Assembly: GCA_037447605.1 (NCBI GenBank)
Contig: CM074813.1
Coordinates: 2,356,001 to 2,420,000 of the forward strand
DNA length: 64,000 bases
DNA from: Zygnema circumcarinatum SAG 698-1b
Lineage: Eukaryota > Plantae > Zygnematophyceae
Direction of reading: 5' to 3'
Part shown: positions 42,501 through 58,396 of the stretch, piece by piece
Layout of the letters: every line of letters starts with the position of its first letter
Position numbering within the stretch: position 1 is the first letter of the stretch
The notes under the pieces: generated by a model
What the model was told of the DNA's origin: nothing
What the model saw: the letters and a program-made list of their open reading frames with translations, nothing else
Databases searched by the model: none
Program-made: the position numbers and the translations under genes

Positions 42501-45500
42501 TTACACGCTTCAGCACACTGCGGGTTGAAATGTAGTGCCAGTTCATACATAACCACCGCCTGAAAGAATCAAGCAAACCCACAAATCTCAATACAGCTAG
42601 TCCACTGAACCAATAGCAAACCTCCAAAGCCATTCCCTCTCAATCTATCAATTGTCCTCTGAGAATTTACAAACAGGCCATTAGAACCTGCCTCCTCCAC
42701 CCACCATGTCAAACTTCAGCATTTCACCATACGCAACTCCAAGGTTGTACATGGCGTCTGCATAATGGCTGTTATAAACAAGAGCCTTCTTGTAATGGGC
42801 GACGCCTGTTTGAATATCCCCTTCAAGCTTCACCTGTTCGTATTGCTCCACCCATTCCCCCCATCCCATCAGCGCACGTACCTGCACGACTACGAGAAGC
42901 TGCTTCCTCGGCAGCACCTTCCCTTCTATTTCCTCCGTATTGACGGAAACTCTCTTTTTAAAGTCGTTGTTCGTCCTTTTATCACAGGGCTTCTCGATGA
43001 GATTGTCTGTTGGGGTGCACCATTTGGTGAAAAGCAGCCCTTTTCAACGAGCAAAGAGTGTACCTTGGTGCCGAGGTCCGTCAGCGCAATCGCCATATTG
43101 TTTTTGGCGATGGCGAAATTGGGAGCAACAGCAAGACACCTGGCGTAGCGACACAGTGCCCCCAGTCACATGAATCGCTTCACCTGCTGAAAATGAGCTC
43201 ACAAGAAGAAGCAACTGACTGCATTGAGAGAAAGGTGTATCGAAGATAGGGACGTGTGAGGACAAGAAATGTGGTGATTGGTGGGGTTCAGCTGACCAAA
43301 AGGAGCCCGGCTGAATACTTCCAAAGACCAGCTCAACAGTTGCAAAAAATGCACGTCTGCGAAATCGGTGACGGGGCGGGGCAGGCAGAAATAGCACTAC
43401 CCTTTCGGTTCCGTGAAGATCTCTCACCTCTCATAGCAATTGATTGCTGCCTGCAGGTCTCCACAATTCTTGTATATCACTCCCATGTTGCAGTGTGCCT
43501 CTGCATACATAGGTCGAAGCAGCGCTGCCTTCTCATAGAAACCCAATGCAGTCTCAAATTGTCCCAGCTCCGAATACACCACGCCCAGATTGTAGAAAGC
43601 TGGCTGCAGAGCCCTCCAAGTATCCCCAGGAGCATTTTCTCTTTAAAACACTTCCCCATGATCCCTGACATGTCATTCAATAGAGGCCCTTCCCCTGTCC
43701 CAAGCCCTCTGCTCTGTGTTTCTGACTTCTTACCGCGTATCTCTGGTCCACATGCACTGCTTCATAATACTTTGCGATGCCCTCCTGCACGCTCCCTGCC
43801 AACTTTAGCCGTGTTCCAAGGTCTGTCAGAACCACTGCCATCTGCTCTGCCGCCTCCGTGTACGATGGGTCTGCTTCAAGTGCCTTTCTGTATGCCTGCA
43901 CACGTGAAGCAGACATTGCAGAAGTCACGCTTCCATGTAATCCAAATGCTTATGCTTCCAAAGCAACGCCGGCGATTAATTTACTCTCTTGTTAGGCATA
44001 CCAACCGTCCATACCGTTCAAACAATCTTGTTCGCATAGCATTTGCTACAAAACTATGTTTCACTTCAGACAAAACGACTTGTTTATGGCGTCAAAACAC
44101 ATCCACCTCCCAATACAAAACTGGAACCTTACAGATTACAGAACGATTAAGGAGATGTAACGGTACGCTTTTCTATAAAGCTCATAACTTCCCACCGTGC
44201 GCTCTCCCATAGCTGCTTCATTAACGACAAAGCGCAAATACAGGCTCAGGCTACATGCCTTCTTGAGATTCAATATGTGGTAAGCTACCCAACGCGCCAC
44301 TGACTGCAATATCGTACACGCCTCGCACTCAAATTCCACACTCCTCTTGAAGATAAGTCGTGGTGCCAAATTCATCAAATGATTTTTACTTCTATTGAAC
44401 GGCCATATTTTACTAATTTTCCAGGTTTAATTAAATATAGTGTGGCAAAAGTAAGGACGACGAACAATTCTCTGGCCATACAGGCCCATGATTCTTGCAG
44501 TTTCCTCTCCCATGTCATGTTCAGCCATCCTTCATTAGGACATATCTACTAAACTGTGAGCTTCAGTTCACTTATCGGCGAATAGAAAAGCAGCTTCTCA
44601 GTTTCAATTTTCTTTTTGTAATTTAATGCAATAAGTTTACTTCTGCAACACCATTGCCCAACTGGCCATGTTCGGCGACAAGGCCTAAGGTTGGTTTCTT
44701 GCAGTACTCAGGTTTGATTTCTTTACTCCAATCGACCCTATAGAGCAGATGCCCCTATCACTTCTAATGGTATAAAACACAGTTTACTCCCTTATCCCAT
44801 CGTCCCCTAGAATGTAGCTAAATTATCGGTCAACGTAACAAAAAAAACCCTTGGAGAAGATCTTCTTCAACATGCTGAAACTCTAGTGTAGCCTGGCTTG
44901 CACGCAAAATTACTGTGAAATCACTTGCTCTTGTTCCCCGAGTCACGCGATTCCATTTGACGTAGACCTAATGACTCAATTGTAGCGCTATCATAGTAAA
45001 GCCTCACGCCTTTACATTTCCCTTCCTTATCCCCCTCCACGTTCTCTAATTCAACCGAAAGAAGTCCTGAATGCCGCTTTGACACCGCATGGCAAAATCT
45101 CCAAGCTACTCGACTTTCCCTTCAATGGCCCAAATGATGCCTAATTCCATATGTAGCAAGCTTGCATTCATTGCTTCCCGACGCATGGCCCATGGCCATG
45201 GCCACTTGGCCGTAGCTTTTCCTCACCTCAGCTGCCTCAAGCAGATGGCCCTCCTCCTTGTACAGCACTCCACAGTGTGTGAGCGCGCGTGCATGCTTTG
45301 GATTTAGGGCAAGAGCCAGAGCGTAGCTGTCAAAGGCAGGGCGAGTCAAGCGCTGCGCATGCAGACACGCTCCGCGGCCAACAAGAGCATCTGCATCCCG
45401 AGGATCTTGCGCTAGCAGGGCGTCATAGATAGCGAGGGCATTAGCTATCTTGCCGCGGGAGCGAAGGAGGTCTGCATAAGCAAGGGGGTCGCTGACAGGA

Positions 45501-45760
45501 GGCAGAAGAAGTGGAAGGGAGGGGGTTGTTAAAGAGGGAGCGGAGGAGGAAGGGCTGAGAACAGATCCATGGGGAGCCATCCCGCTGTCGACAGCTGGCG
45601 TCTGCATCAGCCGCATCCCGTGCACAGCCGCCGCATTGGCTGGAGGCTTCGAAGGAGCCGTAACAGGGGCTGGAGGGCTAGCAGCTTTCCATGCAGGCGG
45701 CTTTAGGCTTTGCACATGCTGCTGGGCATGCGCTTCAGGCTGCGCCAGTCCAGGGCCCAT
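36521..45760 (-). CDS. SPY: SPINDLY protein O-fucosyltransferase (TPR repeats plus catalytic domain), multi-exon
   Basis: TPR exons include ALTHCGVLYKEEGHLLEAAE, AVVLTDLGTRLKLAG, YNLGVAYGEMLKFDM and NPTYAEAYNNLG. Catalytic exons include NRLLAMNY, IGYISPDYFTHSVSYFIEAPL, DILVELTGHTANNRLG, TWIGYPNTTGL, GSFNNLAK and LDTFPYAGTTTTCESLYMGVP. Exon order is collinear with Arabidopsis SPY as recalled. Confidence 0.96.
38801..41438. other. Near-identical 1.31-kb tandem duplication separated by a 10-N gap (probable assembly artefact)
   Basis: 38801-40114 matches 40125-41438 (offset 1324); N run at 40115-40124. Identical ORFs appear in the track for both copies. The only difference noticed is one extra G next to the gap. 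Confidence 0.85.
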
Positions 45761-46530
45761 GGCGGAACCCTAATTTCCAGCATTCGTCGACCTCCAAGAA
45801 TGCGCAGAGGGATTTCTTAGCTGGCCCGTGGCGTCCTCTCCCTCTCCCTCTCCCTCTCTCCCTCTCCCTCTCTCCCTCTCTCCCTCTCTCCCTCTCTCCT
45901 GCCTCTTGTCCCACTTGCAAGGATTACGCCGCAGCACTCGGAGGCGACACATGTAGCGCCTGGAAAGCGTGCACATGGAACACACGTGTCTTTAGGCGCT
46001 TCCATTGCTCCTCACCCTCGTGCATTCTCAACCGTCCGATGGGACCACGAGCCGTTGAGATTCTCTCCTTGCACGTGCGTTCCTCGGCCCGCCCGCCTGC
46101 CCAGCCGCGGCCGCCAGCTGTGCGCTCCGCCCTGACGGGCGCCGCGGGCGGCCAATCGCCGCCCGCCCTGCCTGGTACGAGGAATGGGGGCCTGCCATGT
46201 GTGTGAAGGCCGTACGGACGTGCGCGTACGGCTCTGGGTCGTCGTTGGGGAGTCCCACCGCCGGCTCGTGGCAGCCGTTGATAAGGGACCTGTCCGGCGG
46301 TGTACTTTATGTGTACGAATGAGGGGTTTGGTACAGTGCCGTACCGCGCTAGGAAGATCAACAGGCCAACTTAGGGGATTCCCTTTATAGCATTTTCAAG
46401 GGAAAATTTGGGATTTTAAGGGGTTTTAAGGGATATAGTGCAAAATACCCAATCACGTTCCCATAGTTAAAGTGCCATGCTCTCCCCTACCCTAACGTTG
46501 ACCACTCCATAGCAAAAGATGAAAGAGTAA

Positions 46531-47376
46531 CACAGTTCGGACCAGTGGATCGGCAACCATTGGACAACCATTGGATGGCAATGGTTGGACGTCTACTGGT
46601 TGGCAACCAGTCGAATGGTTGTTTCGATCTGGCGGCACTGGTTGGCAACCAGTCGAATGGTTATCTCCATTAAATCAAATGGTTGGCAACCATTAAATCA
46701 CTAGTTGTAGCGAACTGAACGCTACAGTTACCAAAATGCCGTCGGCGTTTCGGAGAAAACTATTACGGTTCGGCCGTACAGAATCCCCGTACAGTCGTAC
46801 GATTTGGTTGTACGAATCCGTACGCATCTGTACGCATCAGGCTTGTTACACTAGTTGTCAACGGTTGGCAACCAACCAAAAAACACAAACGACCCATTTT
46901 TGCAAAAAGGCATAATTTCAGAAATTCAATGGTTGCCAACCATTGGATCACTGGTTCCGAACCAGTCGAATGGTTGTTTCAGTCCTGCGCCACTGGTTCG
47001 CAACCAGTCGAATGGTTGTTTCAGTCCTGCGCCACTGGTTCGCAACCAGTCGAATGGTTGTTTCAGTCCTGCGCCACTGGTTCGCAACCAGTCGAATGGT
47101 TGTTTCAGTCCTGCGCCACTGGTTGGCCACCAGTCGACTGGTTTGGAACCAGTGGATGCCACTGGTTGGCAACCAGTCGAATGGTTGTTTCAGTCCTGCG
47201 CCACTGGTTCGCAACCAGTCGAATGGTTGTTTCGATCCGGCGGCACTGGTTGCCAACCATTCGACTGGTTGCCAACCAGTGGCATCCACTGGTTCCAAAC
47301 CAGGCGAATGGTTGTTTCGGTCTGCAACCACTGGTTGCCAACCAGTCGACTGGTTTGTCTAATGGTCCGATCTGTG
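46531..47376. mobile_element. Non-autonomous hAT-like element, 846 bp, 8-bp TSD AAGAGTAA
   Basis: TIR CACAGTTCGGACCAGT / AATGGTCCGATCTGTG (14 of 16 match). AAGAGTAA lies at 46523-46530 and 47377-47384. The interior is dominated by AACCAGTCGA(A/C)TGGTT repeats. Confidence 0.8.
46961..47355. repeat. 42-bp tandem minisatellite inside the hAT-like element
   Basis: Unit ACCAGTCGAATGGTTGTTTCAGTCCTGCGCCACTGGTTCGCA is exact at 46961, 47003, 47045 and 47172, near-exact at 47087, with variant units between and after. Confidence 0.92.
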
Positions 47377-47961
47377 AAGAGTAACACAATAGAAGTGAAA
47401 TATAGGAAAACTCTTAATATATTAATGAGAAGCGTACAATTTAGATATACTTGAACATGCTCATCCAAGGACTGCAAGCACCGACTTCAACTGCACACAA
47501 TGAAGTGAAGCACCTCACTACAAGCTTGAATTGAACACTACAATACTAACCAAACCAATGTCCTGTAACGCAATACTTCTATAACTATTATATTCAGCTA
47601 CAAGCATATTCCAATAACTTAATACCAAGTAATTAGCGTATGACAAATCTAATTATCACACACCAGCACTTGCCACCTGCCTCCCCACTCTGCCCCCCAC
47701 TCTAACTTTGATGGCCCTCATGGCGAGCCTTCACGCGAGCAAACGCTAAAACGTCAATAGTGTGACCGTCATCATTTCTTGGCCTCGCCATCGTGAGATC
47801 AATGCCACTTCCCCTCCTAATTTAATGGGAAAGAAAACCCTTATCTTAAGCCAAATTACCTTATTTGAGGATACCTGATGATGGAACTAAAACAACAACC
47901 AGTCATCTCAACAACGTTAAGCTTCGCATCTTTTGTTGAACAACACGAAACACGAAAGTTT

Positions 47962-48160
47962 GGGGAGTCAGACCTTGACCATCGCTTACGAAATTGCCGA
48001 ATTCCTTATACTAAAAGTCACATCTTTCGTGTACGAATTCCGGATCGGGATCCGCGGGCTCCGTCGAACCCAGCCGTACCGAAATGCGTACCTAGCCAAT
48101 GCTTAATTCGCTCGACAGGCTTACGAAATTGATTTGGCGATGGTCAAGGTCTGACTCCCC
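47962..48160. mobile_element. 199-bp MITE-like element with perfect 24-bp TIRs
   Basis: GGGGAGTCAGACCTTGACCATCGC (47962-47985) and its exact reverse complement (48137-48160). An internal direct repeat CTTACGAAATTG is present. No clear TSD. Confidence 0.7.
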
Positions 48161-48171
48161 CAATTAAAGAG

Positions 48172-49113
48172 GGGTAGTGATATTTCCACCCCTTTTTTGG
48201 ATCCAAACACCCCTTCCCGGCCGGGCAGATTTCAAAAGGGATTAAAAACGGAAAATGCTTTTTTCACACCTTTTTGGAATCGATACCCACCTTCTTCCGT
48301 CGGCTGATTTTATTTTTGCTAACCAAGGAAAATGATACCCCGTCACCGCATTTTGAATACTGTATCCCGCCTTCCTGAATTTTTTTTTTGAGGGAAAGAA
48401 ATATCTGCCTGCCCGTATCCGCTCGGAGCGGAAGATCCGTCCGCCACGAGATCGTTCGCGGGTGTCCGTCCTTCACACGTCGCAGCTGTCGATTCCCTCG
48501 CAGATCGCACCACTGCAAATCACCGTTCGTTCTGCAGCCGGGCTCGATCTTAGCGAATGGAATGCGCCCACGAGTCCCGCCAAAGCCGGGCCGAGGGACA
48601 CGTGCGAGTGCGCGTGTCCGTCGGCCTGAGATCTCGTGCATTGTCAGCTTTCAGCTAATCAACATCTGCCATGTGTTACTTTTTTGACGTGGAATACGTT
48701 GATTGGGTCCAAGCTCTCAATGTACGAAATATTGGGTTCCTCAAAGTTGCGACCGTACGAAATTTGTACGGACAAACATTTGAGACGAGTTTGGCGGGAT
48801 ACGTGGGCACGTGCCATTCGCTGTGACCGAGCCCGGCTGCAGAGCAAATAGTGATCTGCCGTGTTGTGATCTGCGAAGGAATCGACGGCTGCGATTGACC
48901 GCACGCGTGAAAAAAAATTCAGGTAGGCGGGATATTCAAAATGGGTTGACGGGTTATTTCCTTGTTTCGCAAAAATAAAACCTGCCGATGGAGGGTGGGT
49001 ATCGATTCCAAAAAGGTGTGAAAAAAGCATTTTCCGTTTTTAATCCTTTTTGAAATCTGCCCGGCCGGGAAGGGGTGTTTGGATCCAAAAAAGGGGTAGA
49101 AATATCACTACCC
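48172..49113. mobile_element. Non-autonomous long-TIR DNA transposon (family A copy 2), 942 bp, 8-bp TSD TTAAAGAG
   Basis: Collinear with 7285-8242. Termini GGGTAGTGATATTTCCACCCC...GGGGTAGAAATATCACTACCC. TTAAAGAG lies at 48164-48171 and 49114-49121. Confidence 0.9.
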
Positions 49114-49162
49114 TTAAAGAGAATCTCTTCATTTCTCGTCTCTTGGCAAGTCGAGTTGTCGC

Positions 49163-49635
49163 TAGGGATGGATTAATTACGACTATATAATATATATTAT
49201 ATTATATAACTGTGACGACTAGATAACGGCTGTTATATAATATTTTACAACGCCTTTTACAACATGTACGGTCGTACGGACGTACGGTCCGTCTACGAAC
49301 CAGACGGACGCATTTCGCCAACGCCAAAACGACCTAATTTTGGTATGGTACGACCGTACGACCGTACTCGTATGGTCGTACGGTCATACCATACCAAAAT
49401 GGGCGAATGGGCCAATTAGGTCGTTTTGGCGTTGGCGTTGCGAAATGCGTCCGTCTGGTTCACTCTGTCTGCTCGTGCATCCGTACCGCATAATACCGTA
49501 CAGTCGTTCGACCTTACGACCGTCCGACCGTACATGTTGTAAAGGCGTTGTAAATTAATATATATCAGCCGTTATCTAGTCGTCACAGTTGTATAATATA
49601 ATATATATTATATAGTCGTAATTAATCCATCCCTA
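49163..49635. mobile_element. 473-bp foldback element with Ac-like TAGGGATG termini and a 5-bp TSD (GTCGC)
   Basis: TIRs of ~70 bp are near-perfect and nested inner inverted repeats cover most of the element. GTCGC lies at 49158-49162 and 49636-49640. The empty homologous site, with a single GTCGC, is at ~61315-61335 (minus strand). Confidence 0.85.
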
Positions 49636-49756
49636 GTCGCCAACCGAGAGGTCCTTGCCGTACATGATTCGTACATACAGTCAACGGGAGAGTCACCCAA
49701 GGTGTACGGTATGAGAAACATTTTGTCTTCTAGTGCATCCCAAAGTCGCAAAAGAC

Positions 49757-50707
49757 GAGGTTCTATATTCACACCTTTTTTGTCTACACACAGACCTTTT
49801 TTCGCCGGGCAGGTTCTATTTTTAGAAAAACGAAAAATGCTTTTTTCACACCTTTCTTGTCTTTACGCACTCCTTTTTCCGTCGGGCAGATTTTACTCCT
49901 GATTCGTTTTTGGACAGAAAAAAATATCGGCCTGCCCGAATCCGCTCGGAGCGAAAGATCCGTCCACGAGATCGTTTGCGGGTGTGCGTCCTTCAAATGT
50001 GCAATGAATCTCCGCCGTCGATTCTTGCGCAGATCGCACAACGGCAGATCACCGTTCGATCTGCAGTGGGGCTCGGTCTCAGCTAATGGCACGTGCCCAC
50101 GTGTCCATCCAAAGCCAGATGGCACTTGCGAGAGCGCGCGTCCCCCGGCCCGAGATCTCCGCAAAAGTATGAAGCTGGACCGGCCAGCCTGCGGCGGCTC
50201 GCAATTGACAACTAACAACCGATCACCATCTGCCACGTGTTCTCATTATGAGGTGGCTAATTGTTATTGGTGCAGGCTCTCAATGTACGGTATTTCACCT
50301 TTCCTCGAAGCTGTCGCCGTCCAGCTATAGTACGGACCCACTTTGAGCCGGCTTTGTGGGCCCGTGCCATTCGCTGGGACCGAGCCCGACTGCAGATCGA
50401 ACGGTGATCTGCCGCGGTGCGATCTGTGTAGGAATCGAAGGCGGAGATTCATTGCACGTGTGAAGGACGCACACTCGCAAACGATCTCGTGGAGGACGGA
50501 TCTTTAGCTCCGAGCGGATTCGGGCAGGCCGATTTTTCTCTCCAAAAAAAAATCAGAGGTAAGAGAAAAAAGGTGTGTATCGATTCCAGAAAGGTGTGAA
50601 AAAAGCACTTTTTGTTTTTAATCCTATTAAAAAAAAAAAAACCTACCCGGCGAAAAAGGTCTGTGTGTACAGGTGTGGTGTGAAAAAAGGTGTGAATATA
50701 GAACTTC
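49757..50707. mobile_element. ~950-bp foldback element (family B) with ~345-bp inverted arms, sharing internal modules with family A
   Basis: Ends GAGGTTCTATATTCACACC / GGTGTGAATATAGAACTTC. Arms ~49757-50100 pair with ~50355-50707. It shares CTGCCCGAATCCGCTCGGAGCGAAAGATCCGTC with 7531-7565 and is absent from the paralogous region at ~61200. No clean TSD. Confidence 0.8.
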
Positions 50708-50852
50708 CCAAAATCAACCCTTGGTGTTCACACGTGCGGAAATGTGATCCAGTGCTGAACCAGACCACCCCGTGTGAACACCTTTTCTGCAATTGTCGTT
50801 GTGGCGAACGCTTCGCGTGAAGTAGACGAGGGAGAGGGAGGAAGCAGGCGCC

Positions 50853-55758
<4,906 letters not shown>

Positions 55759-56210
55759 TGAAAGATGTGCATGGATGTATGGTCGAACATGTCGACAATC
55801 TTTAGCTCGCATGAAAGCTGAATTGATAGGGTGATCGAACTTCTTGAGAGAGGAGCACCCTCTGCAGTTGACCTAAAGCTCACCTCTGCCAGTTTGGGTG
55901 AGGTGTGCCTCCACCCTCGAATGAGGATTTGATGACAATCGTCACCACTCTCCTTGTGGAATCCAAACACAGAAGCTGTATCAGGTGCCATAAACTACTG
56001 AACCCTACACCCTAATACCCAACTTCTAGAACCTTCGTTACAGATCTGCATAATCCAAAAAATGTTCGCTTAAAGAAAGTGTTTGTCGCTTACTTCATTT
56101 AATTTAATTTTTATTTATTTTTGGTCACATGAAGGCAACAATCGCTGGTCAAAACTTTGGTGGAAGTGAAGCCGAAGCGACAGAAACGGAGTCACATGGA
56201 ACCCGTCCTC

Positions 56211-56248
<38 letters not shown>

Positions 56249-58030
56249 CGGCACGGGGCTGTCCTCTGCCCTTCTCAGGGAGGGGAGGGGACCATGGTGG
56301 GTGGAAGTCCCGGAGTGACCGCGAGGGTCCCTCAGAACAGCGAGGCGGTCCCCCGGCCTCGCCTATAAAGGCAGTGACGAGGAAGGGGGAGGGGGGAGGC
56401 AATACTGGGAGCGGTGAAGGAGGCGAGGGGGGAGAGGGGGAGAAGGAGAGGGAAGACAAGGAGGGGAAGGGGAGGGAGGGGAGGAGGAGAGGAATAGGCC
56501 AAAAAAATCCAACTGATTATTTGTGGGTGGTTTTTTGTTTGCTTGTCATTTGGAGGATCCTTTGTCATCACACATTGTGAATTTTGAAGAGTGAGCTTGA
56601 ATCTTGAGCTTCTCTCCAGTCTTGGCTTTAGTGCTTTTCTTTATATTTTTTTGTTATCATTATGCTTAAATTAAACAGCGTGCGTTCTTGAAAGAAAAAA
56701 AAATTCAAATACTTTGTGTTACTCAAACCTCGTGTTTAGAATTGAAAAACGAATCCGTGGAAAAATGAAATCTGAATTGCCATTTCCTATGACATAAGTC
56801 GAAGGTTAACACCAACGCTTAGTAGCACATAAAAGCGTGCCGCCTCGAAGCAAACTTAGTTTGCTGATTTTTAAAGTAAAACATATACAGATTGGGCACT
56901 TTCCGTTGTACACAACAGAACAAGAGAGATAAAAGCACGGTAGATAGAAAGTCTCTTCACTCGAGCCTCTAAATTGGGACCAAGTAAGAAAAAATAATGT
57001 TTATTTTAAGGTTTGTAAGGCGTACCGGAAAACGGGCACATGGCAAGGACCCTTCCTTTGGTTGCAACTGGCCTTACATTTAATAAATTTAAATACGTGA
57101 AATTGCTTCATGAGAAGCCACCTAATACGGGCAAAAGAAATTGAATCTTATTCTCCTCCTCTCGGGCGTTAGGAAGGATGAAGAAGTTTTGAAAAATGAA
57201 ATGCGTTAACCGTGTATCCCTCTCTAAAGTAAAACTCGTGAGCTCGGCCTCGCTAAACCCCAGAGTCGATTTCCAACGTTTTGCAACAGTTGGCAAAGGC
57301 CTGCACCTCGTACAAGCCACGGAAAGAACGGATCATTCATTACCGAAAAAAAACTATACCCAAGAAGGCATACTATGAAAGTCATAAATAGTAGTAACCA
57401 TGAATTGTGTTTTAGTTCTAACATCAAATTTTGCGTGAGCGATATACACCGAACTGGCCGATTAACCAGATTCAACCCTAATCGGCGACGCGATGAAAGT
57501 AAGGAAAACGATGAGCTCATCGTCTGGGTAGCTTGAAAGTTGCAAAAAATACAAAGAAACATAGAAATAAAAGGATAGAAAAAAAGCATCACCTTCCCCT
57601 CCAGATAGTTCATGAGCACGCGGCCCACCCCCCCCCGAACGCTCACTCGCCCTCGCCACGAGCTCGACATAGACATATGTCGTCATGTCGTCATATGTCG
57701 TCATATGTCGTCGACATAGGGCCGCTTCAAGGTGAAGAGGAGCCACGTCATCTGCCAGCCTGCCACCGCCACATACTCACCACGTGTCGCATCCTCGTTG
57801 GTCGAATACACCAGCAGCGGGTTTGTTTACCGAATGTTGAGGGTTTGAATCCCAATCCCTTCACTCAAAGCACGCCACTTACTTGTTACTTTGGACCAAC
57901 ATGATGCCACGTGTCCTCACACGACGCAGCTTAAAGTCTTTTCTTGGTACAAAATTTGGACCAACATTCAGAATGGTCGGCTGCCTACCTTCTCGTTAGG
58001 GCTTGCAGCAAGAGAAGAGAGTCAATCGTC

Positions 58031-58396
58031 ATTGACAGTCGATCTGTAAGAAAAGTTTCTCGATGTTGAAGTTCAACTTCGCAAAAAAATTGTAGTAAAG
58101 AATGCCCATCTTACTAAGGTGCACGATTGCTAAGGCACAACTGACTGACTTACTTTATAATATCCACCTTATTGCCACAAAGGACAATAGGGATCACGAA
58201 GTCACACACACTGCACATAACAACGTGATCCTTATTGTCCTGTGTGGCAACAAAGTGGATACTATAAAATCAATCAATCAATCGCGCCTTAGCAAGATAA
58301 TTGTGCACCTTAACAAAATGAGCATTCTTTACTACAATTTTTTTGCGAAATCAAACTTCAACATCGAAACACCATTCTTACAAATCGTCTGTCAAC
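58031..58396 (-). ncRNA. Candidate hairpin-RNA/MIRNA-like locus formed by inverted duplication of a Ran GTPase gene fragment
   Basis: Arms 58031-58198 and 58224-58396 are reverse complements (141 of 168 identical, one 5-nt indel, 25-nt loop). Both arms translate to degenerate Ran G4-G5 sequence (IPIVLCGNKVD; YYNFFAKSNFNIETPFL). Of 22 transitions, 20 are G:U pairs on the minus strand. TATAAAA lies on the minus strand at 58427-58421. Confidence 0.65.

Noticed and set aside
43256-44212. 318-aa plus-strand ORF
   Set aside because: It is an antisense shadow over SPY exons and introns.
46405-46432. Telomere-like TTTTAAGGG words
   Set aside because: Only two imperfect copies, too short to call an interstitial telomere.
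46961-47355. CRISPR-like appearance of regularly spaced palindromic repeats
   Set aside because: The intervening sequences are identical rather than unique spacers, there are no cas genes, the context is eukaryotic, and the array lies inside a TIR/TSD-bounded element.
46926-47477. Several overlapping repetitive ORFs (e.g. VRNQSNGCFSPAPL repeats)
   Set aside because: These are translations of the 42-bp tandem array in all frames, with no coding evidence.
57669-57715. Short tandem (CATATGTCGT-like) repeat; similar small repeats at 6634-6658 (GACT)n and 27243-27292
   Set aside because: Ordinary micro/minisatellites with no further structure.
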